A stretch of 64,000 nucleotides of DNA. It comes from Eledone cirrhosa. Its lineage: Eukaryota. The stretch's first letter is position 1. Each line of letters starts with the position of its first letter. Location: the NCBI GenBank assembly GCA_964016885.1, contig OZ024741.1, positions 154,008,001 to 154,072,000 of the forward strand, read 5' to 3'. Made by a program: the position numbers and the translations under genes. Shown here in pieces: positions 30,399 to 43,950 of the stretch. The notes beneath the pieces are model-generated. The model was given only the letters and a program-made list of their open reading frames with translations. It was not told where the DNA came from and did no database searches.

Positions 30399-30949
30399 AG
30401 TGACCTACATTCCGCGGGCTCACATACATTCTCTGTGCGTGATTTGGCTCAGTTCAGCCAATCAGCGCCAGTAGAAGAGGATGTATCCCTACGCGCCCTG
30501 AGGAAGAAATTCCCCGCGAAGATTTGAAGAATCTATCTCTTGTACCAGGAACTTCGAACCAGCAACACGCACAATGTAACGGTGAGATTTTGCACCCCTA
30601 GCCTCGCCGGCTTTCCGGCGCAATGGCACATTCCCTTTTGTAACCTCTTGTTATATGTAACTTCAACCATATAAGTTAACAAACATTGTTTGTGCTACAT
30701 CAAAAATAAACATACATTTCATCTCTAATTTCTGCTGTTGAAATCATTATTATGTTACTCGTGTCTCAATAACATCTATAATCCATGCTGCTGGAATTGG
30801 CGACCTGACGAAAGGAATATTGTAAATACAAAGATGGTAAATAGATCGAGGGACCTTCCCTCACGTCTATGTCGACAAGACAATCCAACGAGGATACTAT
30901 CATTTTTCCACACTGTCAACTAACGACCTTCATACTTCTACCCTGCTAA
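30396..30949 (+). mobile_element. Possible LTR-retrotransposon LTR fragment
   Basis: Starts TGTAGTG; CCAAT box; AATAAA; PBS-like TGGCGACC at ~30798; TA-flanked. Confidence 0.35.
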
Positions 30950-31005
30950 ATATATATATATATGTATATGTATATATATATATTTATATTATATGTATAT
31001 ATATA

Positions 31006-32630
31006 TCAAAATAAATATCCGAAGGCATGGTATAAATTTCCAATCATTTTAATCACGACACATGTTTCAATAAGAGATAGATCGATCATGCAGCCATGAT
31101 CGATTATCACTGATCTCGTCAGATGAAAATGAACGGTGTTCATTCACAGAGTTTAGTCCCTCATATGAAGATCAAGCAGCCAGAACACGGCGACTGCTAT
31201 CGTCCTCAGTTAGGATATAGCTAGGTGTTTTACACACTCAGTTAAGACTAATTACGCTATCTATACATAACTCTGCACACAGTACCCGATTTTCTTTAGA
31301 CACCGAATTCCCGCAGTTATTACAGTTATCACATTCCTATCGATTGAACACTACACTAGGTTTTGATCCGTGATCATCTAACCATGGAGTACTCATGGTT
31401 ACAGATTGGACAATAATACTGACACACCATTAATGGGCCTACACACATTCTCTGGGTTTTGCTATTATTTGTTATTTTATTTTGCCTTTTGTGTTGGATA
31501 ACACACCTCCACCACTCAAACACCTATCTTAAAAGCCCTAGGGCCCATATGACGGGAAATCGCACATACTGACACCTTAACCCAAGTACCCAACCCTACA
31601 CAGAGCCCCTTGGTGGCCTACATAGCGGTTGCTTGCACACACAGATTTGGGGACTCAGATTCTCAATGGGACAACGGCACATACTGTGTTCGATATCAGC
31701 TGACTACTTGCTCTTCACAGGGATGTGTATATACCTAAACATACACTTTTTTGGACGATACGGATGTCTATATACCATAATTTACACTATTTGGAGATAC
31801 GGATGTTACAATTCAATCTATACAAGTATAGCAAATCATTGAACTGAACTTACTTGCGTGTGTATAGGGTTGTGGTTGACCCAATTTTTCCAATTTACAT
31901 CGTCAAATTGAGATTTGACCAATATAACATTTTTTGTTTTGTAAACTAACTTTCGGTTGAATACTATGTTGGTATATTTGTATTTTTCTTTTTTCTTTAA
32001 CCTCTTGTTGGTGTGTGTGAGTGTGTGTGTACTCACTCACACTTACTGTGATCGTCTTTAGTTCTACAGATTTGATGCTGTGTTGGTATGTGTATATATA
32101 TTTTTTTTCTTTGACCTCGCGTCTTGTATGTGTGAGTGTGTGTGTACCCACTCACATTAACTGTGACCGACTGTAATTCTACAGATTTGATTGATGTCCA
32201 GCGTCTTTTACAGCTATTGGGAGACTTGATAGTTTTATGACCCTAACTGAGGACGATAGCAGTCGCCTTGTTCTGACTACTTGATCTTCATATGAGGGAC
32301 TAAACTCTGTGAGTGAACATTGCTAATTTTCTCCCTCATATCAAGGGTTTGAAGACAATTCATTTTCATCTGACGAGATCAGTGATAATCGATCATGGCT
32401 ACACGATCGATCTATCTCTTATTGAAACATGTGCCGTGATTAAAATGATTGGAAATTTATACCATGCCTTTGGATCTTTATTTTGATACAAATACTCCGT
32501 TTTACATCATCTAGCTGTTCCCAAAATGGAATTGGAGATATACAAAAGCGTGAAGAACTTAATATTGGTAACAAAAATTTTATTGGACCGTTTGACACAA
32601 CCAATAATACACCTTACTATATAACAACTA
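31006..32630 (+). mobile_element. Fold-back Penelope-like element (arms ~31006-31214 and ~32241-32487)
   Basis: Long inverted repeats with hammerhead motifs at 31045-31131 (-) and 32361-32447 (+); TA-flanked. Confidence 0.75.
31045..31131 (-). ncRNA. Type I hammerhead motif (CUGACGA core, GUC site)
   Basis: CATTTTCAT-CTGACGA-long stem II-GAAAC-ATGT-GTC-GTGATTAAAATG; the plus-strand twin has GCC at the cleavage site. Confidence 0.75.
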
Positions 32631-32660
32631 TGTATATCTATCTATCTATATATATATATA

Positions 32661-33268
32661 GTATGTTTATTCCCTTTCAGAAACTAATTAGTTGGGAGTG
32701 AAATTTTAGTAAGTAAGTTAATTTTATAATTTTCTTATTTTACGTCTCTCATATTATTGTTCTGCAACCCCATGCATTGAACCACAAAGTTACTAAGACA
32801 AAACCTATATATTTGCTAGCATAAGTATGCATCTGTGTATATATATGTTACTAGATATACTAATTCTTTATAATTATCTCCAAATTATTTGTCGAGCAAA
32901 AATTAGCCAAAACTGCTGCTATAGTAACAGTCAGGTTGCTGTCTTCTTAACAAACCACTTTCCACTGATTGACCTCGATGTCACGTGATTGATTCTTTTG
33001 AATTTGCCACCGACGCAGTAGGCAGTGATTTTCTCAATGGCTAGGAATTTAGTCCACGCTTTGCTTTTTTCCATCCACTGAATCATTTTTGTATAAGTTC
33101 CCTGTGTCCACGTATTGCCTGGAAACTTAGCCGTGAATAGACTTCCCTGATGACGAAAGGCTTCTCTGTACACTTCTTCGGAAAGTATGTTTATTCCCTT
33201 TCAGAAACTAATTAGTTGGGAGTGAAATTTTAGTAAGTAAGTTAATTTTATAATTTTCTTATTTTACG

Positions 33269-33278
<10 letters not shown>
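32661..33278 (+). mobile_element. Direct-repeat (partial tandem pLTR) retrozyme-like element
   Basis: 32661-32754 repeated at 33185-33278; TA-flanked; non-coding. Confidence 0.75.
33141..33223 (+). ncRNA. Type I hammerhead motif
   Basis: ACTTCC-CTGATGA-CGAAAGG...CCTTTCA-GAAA-CTAATTAG-TT-GGGAGT; palindromic stem III AACTAATTAGTT. Confidence 0.8.
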
Positions 33279-33325
<47 letters not shown>

Positions 33326-33417
33326 CAAAAGGGATATTCAATTTGTTGGTAATTCAACAAATATAAATGTTTATAACTGATTCAGAACACTTGACAGGTT
33401 TTCTGGAGTATAATATT

Positions 33418-36221
33418 CAATGATATTAAATAAATAATTTATATGGTATGGAAAAGGACGAATATAATAACCTTATATTGAAAGAACTCAGGAAAAACTA
33501 CAAAATGACATCAAATGAAGATTTTTCAACGTTAAATAAGGAAGCTTCGGAAATTATTTATAAATTAGGCATTCAAAATAAGACTGAACCCTTTATACCT
33601 AGAAAACTGAAGATTAACCTGAAGGACCACAAAAGAAATTTTGAAATTGAACTACCAGTCAGACTCATTGCACCATCTAAATCTGACTTAGGCATAATTA
33701 GCAAGTATATATTAGATAGAATTATACCACTACTTAAAGAAAAATCACACCTTAAACTATGGAATGGTACTAATGAAGTTATAGATTGGTTTAATAACAT
33801 AAAATTAAAACATAAGAAAAAATTCATTCAAATGGATATTGCAAATTACTACTCCTCTATTACCCCTAGCTTACTTAATAAGGCACTTATCTACGCTTCT
33901 AAACATACAGACCTATCTAGTGAAGAAATGAATATAATTCTAACAGCACGTAAAACTCTAATAGAATTTATTAATCATCTCTGGAGAAGAGCCGACAGAA
34001 AAAACAATTTTGATATCACTATGGGATCATCTGACTCGGCGCAAGTAACGAACCTCGTTTGATTATTTATTAATAATGTACTGCATAGGAAAATGCCAGA
34101 GATGACCGTAGGTTTATATCGCGACGATATGTTACTTTTAATTGAAAACCATAGCAATAGTGAAATTAATAGGAAAAGGAAATCCATAATACAATAACTA
34201 CAACCTTAATTTAGAAATCGAGAATAATTACAAAATCGTTGACTTCTTAGATGCAACCTTAAACCTTAGCACAGGACTTTACTATCCATTCCATAAAATT
34301 AACGAAAATCTAAATTACGTGAGTTTCAGTTCTAATCATCCTAGAAATATTAAAAACATTATTGTCAATAGCGTCCAACAACGGATTTCACGCATCTCTG
34401 CTAATAAAATATATTTGATGATAATGCAGAATATTACAATGAGGCTTTACATAGAGCAGGATACTCGAATAAAATTAAATACATAGGTAACAATAACATG
34501 ACAAATTATCATAGAATTCATTATAATAACAATAAACAATTTAACCTAAATACTAAACCTAACAAAAAAACTAGAACTAGAAATATTATTTGGTACTCTC
34601 CCCGATTCTCATTAAGCGTTAAAACACCTTTAGCAAAGCTATTTTTAAAGCACTAGATAAATGTTTTCCTAAAGCCCACAGATACCACTCTATTTTTAAC
34701 AGACACACTATAAAACTATCCTACTCTACTACTATGAACATAGCACAAAATATAAATAGAATTAATAATAGAAACTTAAATTTAAACCAAGATAGCAATA
34801 ATAATATTTCTAACAACAATATTCATAATAATAGTACCGTTCCGAATAACAACTCCAGAAAATGTAACTGTAGAATTAAATCAAACTGCCCTTTACAAAA
34901 TAATTGCTTAGACAAAAACCTAATTTATAAATGCACTGTTAAAACTAGAGACAAAATATTTAACTATATTGGTGCCACTTCTACAAAGTTAGAAGAACGC
35001 TGGTATAACCATAAACACACATTTAATAGATCCGATAAAAAAAATCTTCCACTTCACTTTCACATTTAATTTGGAATTTAAAAGACAACAATATAGACTA
35101 TTCAATATCTTGGGGAACGATTTCTAAAGCACCTGCATACCGAAATATGGCTTTCTCAAGATTCTGTAACTTGTGTATCGAGGAAATTTTTTACATAATT
35201 AACTGTCAAAACTCTATTAATCTTAAAACAGAATTATTTTCTCGTTGCAGACATCGCCAAAATTCCACTTTCAGAAGTATTTTTAATTTATGATATTAAT
35301 TACACTTGACTATATCTTATACACCTTTAAAATGATCCTATTATTTACTGAGTATTTTTTTTTTTATTTAAATTTAAATTTTTTTAAATGATCTTCCTTC
35401 TTAATTTTTAATATTTTAACTATTTTTGCCATTTGACATTATTTACTTAATGATACTCCTCTAAATATATTTTTTTAAGATGTAGATTGATAATCTTTAA
35501 TTGACATTCTGAAAGTTATCCTCCTTACGATAGTTCTTCGAAATGCACATTACTTTTTTCCTCTTCTTTGATCTTCAAACTTTCACACATCTTTCGACTA
35601 AAATAATATATAATTGAAATTAATCTCACACAAAATAATATATAATTTTCTCTATATATTTTCTGAGTAAATCATTCATCAAATTTAACGTTTAGCAAAC
35701 AAGATTGGAGTTATCTTTTCCTTTTCAATCGAGCAAACAAACATTATTACATGCACAATTATTAATCTATATAGATATGTATACAACCTGTTGTAATGTA
35801 ATATAGCTAAATAAATTTTAAATTCTGGAATCATATTCCACCATTCCTGCAAATTGTTAATTCCTTTTAAATTAACGTAAATACAAGCTCTTCTTTCTTT
35901 TTTTCTTCTTCCTACTCATACATATATCCTAATTATTTAAATTCTGCATAGCATCTAAAAATAACGTTTTTTCAGGCCTATACCTCAACCTCATTTGCAT
36001 ACTCATCTTAATAATTTGAAATATCTGACTTTTCTTCTCTTATCCCTTCACTATCCAGGAAAAACTTGAACAGTTAAGGTATTTTTTCTTGGTTATGTCA
36101 ATATTTATAAAACAAACTTTGTATTTTATCTGATGAGAGCGTACCAAAGTTTTGGTACTCTTGAAATATATATAATAGAATAAATATGGTTTTATAAATA
36201 TAGTTTCCATTTATTTAATAT

Positions 36222-36226
<5 letters not shown>
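33418..36226 (+). mobile_element. Penelope-like retroelement (RT + GIY-YIG endonuclease, disrupted)
   Basis: MDIANYYSSI, ITMGS, GLYRDD (~34111), DFLDATLNL; CNC..CPL..C, LIYKC..YIG, CNLC, CRH; 18-bp inverted copy of the 3' end at 33418-33435. Confidence 0.9.
36122..36182 (+). ncRNA. Type I hammerhead motif in the Penelope pLTR
   Basis: TATTTTAT-CTGATGA-GAGCGTACCAAAGTTTTGGTACTCTT-GAAA-TATATA-TA-ATAGAATA. Confidence 0.85.
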
Positions 36227-36295
<69 letters not shown>

Positions 36296-36464
36296 AGCTA
36301 TGTATATATGACATTTGTGTGTGCATATATATATATATGCACGTGTGTATGCATGTAAATCCTTATGTATGGTATGACATGGTGTGTCTGTGAGTCTGTC
36401 TATGTCATAGTAAATATATATGTATATATATATATATATGACATTTGTGTGTGTATGTATGCAT

Positions 36465-38562
36465 AGGGAATTCTACGAAGGTGGCGAGAGCACTTTGATG
36501 ATCTTTTGAATCAGCCGTCTGTCGTCAGTGAAGATTTCCTCAATCTCATTCCAGAAAGTCCTGTGAAAGTAGCTCTCGCAGAACCTCCGACGCTTGTGGA
36601 GGTTGCAGTGGCTATTTCGAAGCTGAACAGTGGAAGATCTCCAGGTATGGATGGCATACACGCTGAGCTCCTACAATATGGTGGTGAGAGACTCCTGCAA
36701 CATCTTCACTCTTTGTTTGGAAGGATATGGGCTAATGAATCCGTGCCTGAGGACTGGAGAGATGCAGTAATGGTGGTCTTGTACAAGGGAAAGGGTAACA
36801 GGAATGATTGTGGGAACTACAGAGGTATATCATTGCTTTCTGTCGTAGGGAAAGTTTTATGTAGGGTGCTTCTGGACCGTCTGCTGACACACATTGCAGA
36901 TTGTGTTCTTCCTGAAAGTCAATCTGGTTTTCGTGCTGGACGCGGCACTACTGATATGATCTTCTCAGCTAGACAGCTCCAGGAGAAGTGCATTGAACAA
37001 GGCTTGGATCTGTATCAGGTTTTTGTCGATCTGACAAAGGCTTTCGATACTGTCAACAGAGATACATTATGGAAGGTTCTCCAGAAACTTGGTTGCCCTG
37101 ATAAGTTCCTTGCTTTAGTTAGGTCTTTCCATGACGACATGAAGGCTTGGGTTAATGTCGGAGGTAACATGTCGGAGCCTATCTCAGTAAAAAATGGAGT
37201 GAAACAGGGGGATATTCCAGCACCGACCCTGTTTGCCATATACTTTGCAATGGTTTTCTGTATTGCATTCAGGAATTGCGAGCATGGTGTTTACATCCGA
37301 TATCGAACCTCAGGCAGCATATTTAACATCAGGCGCTTTGCTGCGAAGACAAAAGTATTTACATCAATCATAAGAGACCTCTTGTATGCAGATGATTGCG
37401 ATCTTGTAGCGCACACAGAGAGTGATATGCAGCACATTTTGAATGCATTTTCTGACGCTTGCACTGCCCTGGGTTTGACTGTCAGTCTCAAGAAAACCGT
37501 CGTCATGTACCAACCTGCCCCTAGTAAGCAGTACACTGAACCAAACATCTATGTGTATGGCAAACGACTTGGAGTGGTTGATCAGTTTGTCTACCTGGGA
37601 AGCACTGTCAACAACCTTGATAGTGAAATCTCACTTAGGATTGGGAAAGCAAGTGATGCTTTCGGAAAGCTAGAAAGGCGACTCTGGGGTCGGCGAGACA
37701 TATGCAAGAAGACAAAGGTAAAGGTGTACAAGGCATGTGTGCTCTCTTCTCTTCTTTATGCCTGCGAGACCTGGGTCACATATCGAAACCACCTTAAGCA
37801 AATGGAGCGTTTCCATCAGAAGTGTCTCAGACGGATCCATGGCGTTCACTGGAGGGACCACATCAGTGATGTCGAGATTTTGGAAAGCTCTATGTGTGAC
37901 AGTATAGAAGCTCTTGTGCTTAAGCAACGACTCCGTTGGAGTGGTCACCTTGCCAGGATGAAGGATTCTAGAATACCAAAACAACTCTTTTATGGAGAGT
38001 TAGTTAAAGGAAAACGATAGCCACATAAACCAAAAAAGAGGTATAAGTATTCCTTGAAAGCCTCTCTGAAAGACGCTAACATCTCTGCTGATACATGGGA
38101 AAATGTTGCTGCTGATCGTAATAAATGGAGAAAGACTGTATATGAGGGAAAAGTTGCTTTGAGGCATCTCGAATCGCACACGAGAAAGTAAAGCGGGATG
38201 TGAGGAAGGGCATTGCTGTTGCACTTCCAGACGGCGAGGGTCCTCCTATGGTGCTGACATGCAGCGTCTGTGCGAGACTCTGCCTAAGCAAAGCTGGACT
38301 CGAAAGTCATCTTCGTAGTCATAAAGTAAGACCAGTAGTTGACCACCAGGCTGCTGTTGAAAATGCTACTCATCATGCTTGCCAAACATGTGGTAGAGAA
38401 TGTAAATCAGCAGGAGGGCTCAAGCGACATGCAAAAGTACACGAACTCCAACCACAGCCGACTATTCCCAGTGAATGTTTTGGTTGCCGACTCTGTGCAA
38501 GACATTTTAGATCATTGGCTGGGCTAAAAAGCCACATTCGATCGCAGCACTGTTAGTTGCTA

Positions 38563-38640
<78 letters not shown>
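36465..38640 (+). mobile_element. RTE-BovB-like LINE, 5'-truncated, with three C-terminal C2H2 fingers, followed by (GT)n
   Basis: ORF 36506-38020 with QSGFR, DLTKAFD, GVKQG, YRTSG.IFN.RR, YADD, LRWSGH; ORF 38200-38556 has three CxxC...H...H motifs. Confidence 0.92.
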
Positions 38641-38646
<6 letters not shown>

Positions 38647-38945
38647 GCTTATGTGCGTGCGTGCGTGTGTATATATATATGAATATGTATATTATTATTG
38701 TTGTTGTCGTTGTTATTATTGTTGCTGTTGTTATTATTATTGTTGTTGTTGTTGTTGGTGTGTGTATATGTGTGTGTGTATGTGTATGTATGTGTGTATG
38801 TATATATGTATGTATGTATATATATATATATATATTTCTTTTTTTTTTTTTAATTTATTTATTATTATTATTTTTTTTTTTAAATTTATTTATTTATTTA
38901 TTTATTTATCTATTTTTTTTGTTTTGTTTTTTTATCATATATATA

Positions 38946-39840
38946 CTAGCTGATCAGCCTGTTGTTGCTGGGTAATAATGACAATTGTATGCCTTTAATT
39001 TAAATTTTTTTTTATTCCATGTCAGACCATGTCTTCCCTGAGGGATAGTCCTCTTGATGAAGCCATCCAATGTAAAGCTGACTTTGGGTAAAGCAGGGCT
39101 CTTTAAGGTGTAAACTGGCAACAGAAAATGGTTGTCCTTGTGATTTGTTGATGGTCATGGCAAAACTAAGACTCACTGGAAATCGAAATCATTTGAATTG
39201 AAATGGGACATCAGTGGGGATAAGAGGAATTCTTGGAATGAACGCATTTTCTCCCATACCACATCCTGTTGAAATGGTGGGTTCAAATTCCTCAATAACA
39301 TGATAGGTGCTCTTTCTTTAAAGTGAAGGACATGTGAAGACATTGCTGATGGTTCTAAAGAGTTAAGGAACACTGTCAGGTAATTAACAGATTCTGACTG
39401 TTCCACCACTGTGTTGACAGATCAATAGAACTTCAAAACCTTTGGAATTCTTTTTAACAGCTGTTGATTTGCTAATTTTTCAGTCACATTTTTCAGGGTC
39501 AATATAGCTGTTTCACTGAGCCTCTTGTGACTTGCAAACTGATATTCAAGATTAGGGAACACTTTTTCAATGAGATGGAATAATGATTCCACCATCATGC
39601 ATGTAGGACATATATCAGCAGCTCCCTTGCTGTCTACAGGAAGTGCTCCATCCCCAAGCATTAATAGATTCTGGGCGAACTGCTCTGATTGTTCATCTCT
39701 ACCAAGATATGCCCTCATGTTTGTAGCAAGCTTCAAAATTTTGATAAAAGTACAAAGTGTTGAATTTTTTCAAACAGACTTGGATTTCATCAATCCTATT
39801 GCCTTTTGGAATGACCGGGAGAGTTTGTCTAAAATCTCCT
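38946..39840 (-). mobile_element. Helitron 3' remnant with PIF1-type helicase fragments
   Basis: GDFRQTLPVI, L.TNMR, FLNSLEP, PIMLLRNLNPP; terminus CAGCTAG|T at 38946. Confidence 0.85.
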
Positions 39841-40007
39841 ACTCCTCCTACCACGACCATCACTACTATCACCACCACCACTACTACTAATAATAATACT
39901 ACTACTACAACTACCACGACCACTACTACTACTACTACCACTACCGCTACTAATACTATCACCACTACCACCACTACCACCACCACTACTACCACTACCA
40001 CCACTAT

Positions 40008-40040
<33 letters not shown>

Positions 40041-40158
40041 CACTACCACTACTATTACTACCTCCACCAGCACTACTACTCCTACTACTACCACCACCAC
40101 CACTACCACTACTGCTACTACTATCACTACCACTACCAATACTACTACTACCACCACC

Positions 40159-40218
<60 letters not shown>

Positions 40219-40290
40219 GGCGCCACTACCACCATCACCACCACCACTACTACTACTATCTCCACCACCACCACCACCACTACCACCACC
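39841..40290. repeat. (ACT/ACC)n trinucleotide repeat
   Basis: Direct reading. Confidence 0.95.
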
Positions 40291-41199
40291 ATAGAAGATA
40301 TAGAAAGTGAGTACCATGTAGTGGGACTGAACCTATGTTGATAGTTTCAGGTTCAGTCCCACTGCATGGTACTTCAGACAAGTGTCTTCTACTATAATGT
40401 CAGGTTGATAATTTCTTGTGAGTGGAATTTAGTAGATGATAGAAACCCATCATATATATATTAAAGAAAAAAAAAACGATGAAGTTTGTTTACATGTTTT
40501 TATTGAATCTGTGTGTATGTCAGTGTCTAAGGTTGTGTTTACGTTTATGTCCTGTAACTTGGTAGTCTGACAAAGTTAGATTGATAAAATAAGTACCAGA
40601 CTTAAAGAAGAAAAATACTGGAATTGATATGATTAGCCAAATCCCCTGAAGGCGTTGCCTCAGCATAGTCGTAGTCTAATGACTGAAACCAGTAAAATAA
40701 TTACATAACACACACAAAAAGGAGGGGCACATTTTTGTAAAACTGTAATCCCAGATGCACTTTTACTATCAACCTGTCTATTAGATCATGATCGATCTAA
40801 GGCTGAACAGTCAAGCACCGTAATAAGTACAAAATACTGTATGTATTTGAGTATTTTCTTCTACGTTTTATTTTTGGTTATCTCCCCTGGACCATCTTCA
40901 GCTGATGCAAAGCAAAAGAAATATTGAAATGTCCTTAGAGCATCGGACAAATGCTTAGTATTTGTTCTGGCTCTTAACTTTATGAGTTTCAATCCTGCTG
41001 AGGTCAATTTTGCCTTTCATCCCATCGAAGGCGGTAAAATAAAGTACCAATTGTTTACCGTATGCCAAAATTAGAAATCATTTTTAAAAAGAAGAGTTTT
41101 ATAGTTAGTAGCTCCGATTAAGTACTAACTTGATTTGTGACGACCTGTCCATCTTTTTCTAGCAGGGAAAATGGACGTTAAATGATGATTAAGATGATG

Positions 41200-43950
41200 A
41201 TGATGTCCTGCAGCAGCTAATCTGTCTCCAATTCTTTCTACCCACCATCTGAGTTAAGGTTGCTCACCCAGTTCCCTCCTCTAATTCCACTGCTAGCCAG
41301 CTCCAACCCCGCTCTCTTATCCCCTTCCTGTCTGAATTCTAATGTTGATCTTTCCGAGTCTGTTGCCACCAAATCACTACTAAATTGCATTCTCTGTATC
41401 TGCGCAAGTTGGCATTTGTAGTCCATCAAATGTCACTTGTGTTGGCAAAACTATCGCAGGAGTTGCATGGGTATTACTAAGGTTCAAGCCAAAGGTTTTT
41501 CAAAATGAACTAATGTAACCAATGTCACTTCAGCTTTGACTTATTTCACGGAGCAATACTTGTTCCAATGACCAGCTTCCTGTTGAAAATTTTGCCGCTG
41601 CCCTCTTGGGCTTATCCAAGATGAAGCCCATTTACAGAATCCTAAAGTGAGCTTGAAATTGTTTCGCTTGTGCTCTCTATAAACTGTTAAAGAATGTTTG
41701 CCTAACCAACAACATCTTGTATTGATAGAAACTGTTCTTATTCCCTCTTGTTTCCCTCCATGTGAAAGCTTGTTCCCATGCATTTTCCTAAAAAACGACA
41801 GCTTGAGTTGTTTGAGTCCACCTCAAACACTGTCCATCTTGGGTCGTTAATCAGCACAGCTCCTAACATTGGATGATCATCAAACTTAAAGAAAGCTGTC
41901 AATGCCAAATTCAGTGAATTTGACATTAAACTAGCTATTTGCCTCCTCTCACCCTGTGTAATACAGATTCTCTCGAACGATTGAGAGAAACATTCCATGA
42001 ACCCTCTGGATGACTGTTTATACTGGCCTGACCCACTAGGTTATTTACAACCAATTTTCATCTCAGATAACATAAGGAAGGCGATTGCATCCTTTTCTCC
42101 AGGTTCTGGTGTGAGAATTGATGGTCTATGAGCCCAATATCTTAGAGATGGTATCTCCCTGTCAGTCAGAGATGCCAGACTTGAGCTCTTGAAGAATCTG
42201 ACCTAGTTTGTCAATATGTTCTCATCTGAGAATGTCCTCCTCTAGGTTCGCCCCCTTATTATTTGGGGATAAACTATTTGGCCTCACAAAGCCCAATCGT
42301 GATCTTCACCCCATTGTGTCTGTTCTTCGTTTCAGACAGCCAGTCTGCAGAATTTTCCCCTATTCAGCTAGGGGTGGGTACCAGGCTAGTTTGTGAAGCA
42401 GCCACTCCACCCACAAGAGCTTTTACCAACTTGCCTTCTGAGGTCCCCAAGGGTATCTTCAAATTTTATCCCAAGAATGTCTTCAACTCCACCAATCATG
42501 ATGTCAGTCTCTGCTTAGTAAAGCTGAGGGCCCAACAGCTGTACCACTTTGCTTGGGAGGCTTATCAGGAGCTCTCCTACCTCTCCTTTGGTGACTATTT
42601 CATCCTTTTTGCATTTTTGTTTGGGGGAACCCCAAGATAAGGCTCTTGTTATTGTGAAGACGATTGAAGAACTTGGTCAAAGGGCCTCCATGTCAACAGC
42701 TCCAAATGCGAGTTCTTGCTCCTCAACTACCCCGCTTCACATCAGCAGCCTGTAGACCTCTTTACAGAATCCTTCCCCTATATCATGATATCTTCCTCTT
42801 CGACATGGTCCTCTCTAGGAGCCCTAATTACTGACCTAGCTTTTGAGCTCATTTTTCTATCCAAGTTGATTAATCATGAGAAACTACTAAAACACATTGA
42901 GGCAACTGAGCCCATCAATGTTTTTTATACTTAGGAATTATCTGTTGATTCCTAAGTTATTGTATATGCTCTGAGTTAGTTTTTCTTATAAATTCTCATA
43001 AACCTCTCCAATGCTTTGATAACCTAGTCTTTGGTAAACTTGAATACTTGGTCAATGTCAGACTCTCTCCAAACTCTTGCGACCAGGCTGTGTTGTCCAA
43101 ACGATTTTGGAACCTGTGTAAATGCTCATCTCAGTCTCTTCTCTACTTTCTTTCTTCTATCCATGCTTGTTCCCTTTAGGTAGGTGACTCTTCTGTCCAG
43201 CATGGACTAGTTCCAACAGGGAGATGGAAGAAGTTCTACTACAGTGGAGGGAGCTAGGTTTGTCAGTTCCTGATACAGAGGAAATAGACTGAAGCAGAGA
43301 ATTTGAAACAATCTGCATTTGAGAGACTCCTTCAACTCTCTTTTTGATCAATCTGATCAATTCTCAAGGTGTCAGCTACTTTCCATGAGGACTAGGTTGA
43401 TGTCTTGGCCACAGCCTACTCAGTCTAGATGAGTTCCGCATCTCCCCTGCACTCAGACTAGGAGCCAATGTCTGTGGAGGACTAATATGTCGCTGAGGTA
43501 GGCCCCTCAACTACACAGGTCTCCAAGGTTTGTTTTATCACCTGAATGCTGGTTGTTTTGCTTGCCATACTGAGCTAAACTTAATTATTAAGTGAGCCCT
43601 GGCCCAGATAAACATCCCGTCAATTCTGGAGCTGACTGGATTGTCCAGAGTTGATGTGTAAGAGGTAGATGTCTCATTTGGGACGCCACAGTCAGTGATT
43701 CTTTTGCTCCTTCCCACATCCTAGATGCTGCTGTTGATGTGGGGGTCACTGCTTCCATAAATGAACGGAATAAAATTCTAAACTATCAGGAATTATCAGC
43801 AAACTATTTTTTCCAGCCTGTGGAATTCAAGATGTCTGGAGGAGCTGGGCCACTGACAATGAAGTTCTTGTCATTGTTGGTGGCTCACCTTACCAAAGTA
43901 TCAGGTGATGCCCTTGAGGGTGCTTGGTTTAGGTTAGGTTTATAAAATCA
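41200..43950 (+). pseudogene. Highly decayed CRE-clade LINE (RT + RLE); further 3' fragment at ~53800-54040
   Basis: QLGVG..CEA, HTELNLII, WDATV.D, K...Y.EL..NYFFQPV.F...G..GP. Confidence 0.7.

Noticed and set aside
39699-40341. Poly-Thr, poly-Val and Gly/Ser ORFs
   Set aside because: Trinucleotide repeat abutting a Helitron relic
40860-40905. Possible minus-strand hammerhead (CTGAAGATGGT...ACC)
   Set aside because: No GAAA box, stem III or stem I partner
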